Shown here in pieces: positions 63,366 to 64,000 of a stretch of 64,000 nucleotides of DNA (positions within the stretch are counted from its first letter, which is position 1; every line of letters begins with the position of its first letter). This DNA is from Lama guanicoe (Eukaryota), in the NCBI GenBank assembly GCA_013239625.1, contig MU054204.1, forward strand, positions 396,879 through 460,878. The letters are read 5' to 3'. The notes beneath the pieces are model-generated. The model ran no database searches. It was not told where the DNA came from and saw nothing but the letters and a program-made list of their open reading frames with translations. Both the position numbers and the translations under genes were made by a program.

Positions 63366-64000
63366 TTTTTATATACCAACTAACCAACACATAAGCTTTA
63401 TCAGTCAATACCTATATACCAGGTAAGGCTGGGATAAGAAAAAGTCCTGTAAGATCTTACGTCTTATACCCCAAAAGCAGTGGCTCTACAATGAGAAGGA
63501 CTTGGGGGAAGATACTAAGTCTATGTGTACATAAATATTACATGGCAATGGGGATTGATGAGGACCAATATCCACAAGTAACAAAAGACTTACTGTCCAC
63601 TTCACTACAAAAGACTGTTTCAAAAAAATAAAAAATAAAAGGTCTTTGTGGTGAGCAAAGTATGAAGTTAAGCAAAGTAAGTAGTTTCAAGGATCCTACA
63701 GTAAATGTGGGCTCAGCAGTTTCTTGGTCCTGAGGTTACTTGGCCTCTTTCTCCATGCAGTTCTTCCAGAATTCATTTTTTTTTAACTACATTCAACCTG
63801 TCATTGATGACATAGGGTTACTACTTTCTTCTTTAGGGCAAAGATGGGGAATATCTGCTTATTTTCATCTTAATAAGTGGAACCTGTGTTTGCAGAGGAC
63901 TCAAATTCCCCTGTTTGGGAGGTACCTTTTTGATGGGGTTGTAACTTGCTGTCCTCAGGTGTTGCCTGCATACAGCTGAATTACAGTGAAGAGCACATAC
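63366..64000 (-). pseudogene. Possible degraded processed pseudogene (CDS end + 3'UTR), parent not recognised; runs off the window edge
   Basis: Non-L1-like sequence abutting an L1 at a T-run; minus-strand reading ...NEFWKNCMEKEAK* followed by ~370 bp of UTR-like sequence. Confidence 0.3.

Noticed and set aside
1..64000. CRISPR arrays, operons or prokaryotic defence systems
   Set aside because: The sequence is mammalian; the short direct repeats are TSDs or two-copy tandem duplications, with no repeat-spacer arrays.

Overview
Mammalian, repeat-dominated non-coding DNA (large intron or intergenic region). It is most likely camelid, inferred from seven copies of a tRNA-Ala-derived SINE with the Vic-1-type structure. 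By eye, roughly 60-65% of the window is LINE-1 of many ages, often nested. The rest includes L2, MIR, MaLR LTRs, DNA-transposon MITEs (MER5, MER45A, MER63, MER44, MER2) and microsatellites. I see no intact protein-coding gene: the ORF-track hits are L1 ORF1/ORF2 remnants, their antisense shadows, or chance ORFs. Highlights: (1) a ~3.1 kb TSD-bounded ORF1-only (HAL1-like or transduction) composite retro-insertion that splits a MER63 and ends at a MIR-derived AATAAA; (2) a phased array of five E-boxes with an overlapping AP-1 site in unique sequence; (3) a twin-priming-like 5'UTR+ORF1 inversion; (4) two internally deleted, TSD-bounded L1s; (5) a possible processed pseudogene at the right edge. 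Repeat family names come from my recall of consensus sequences, not from a RepeatMasker run, and boundaries of old elements are approximate.
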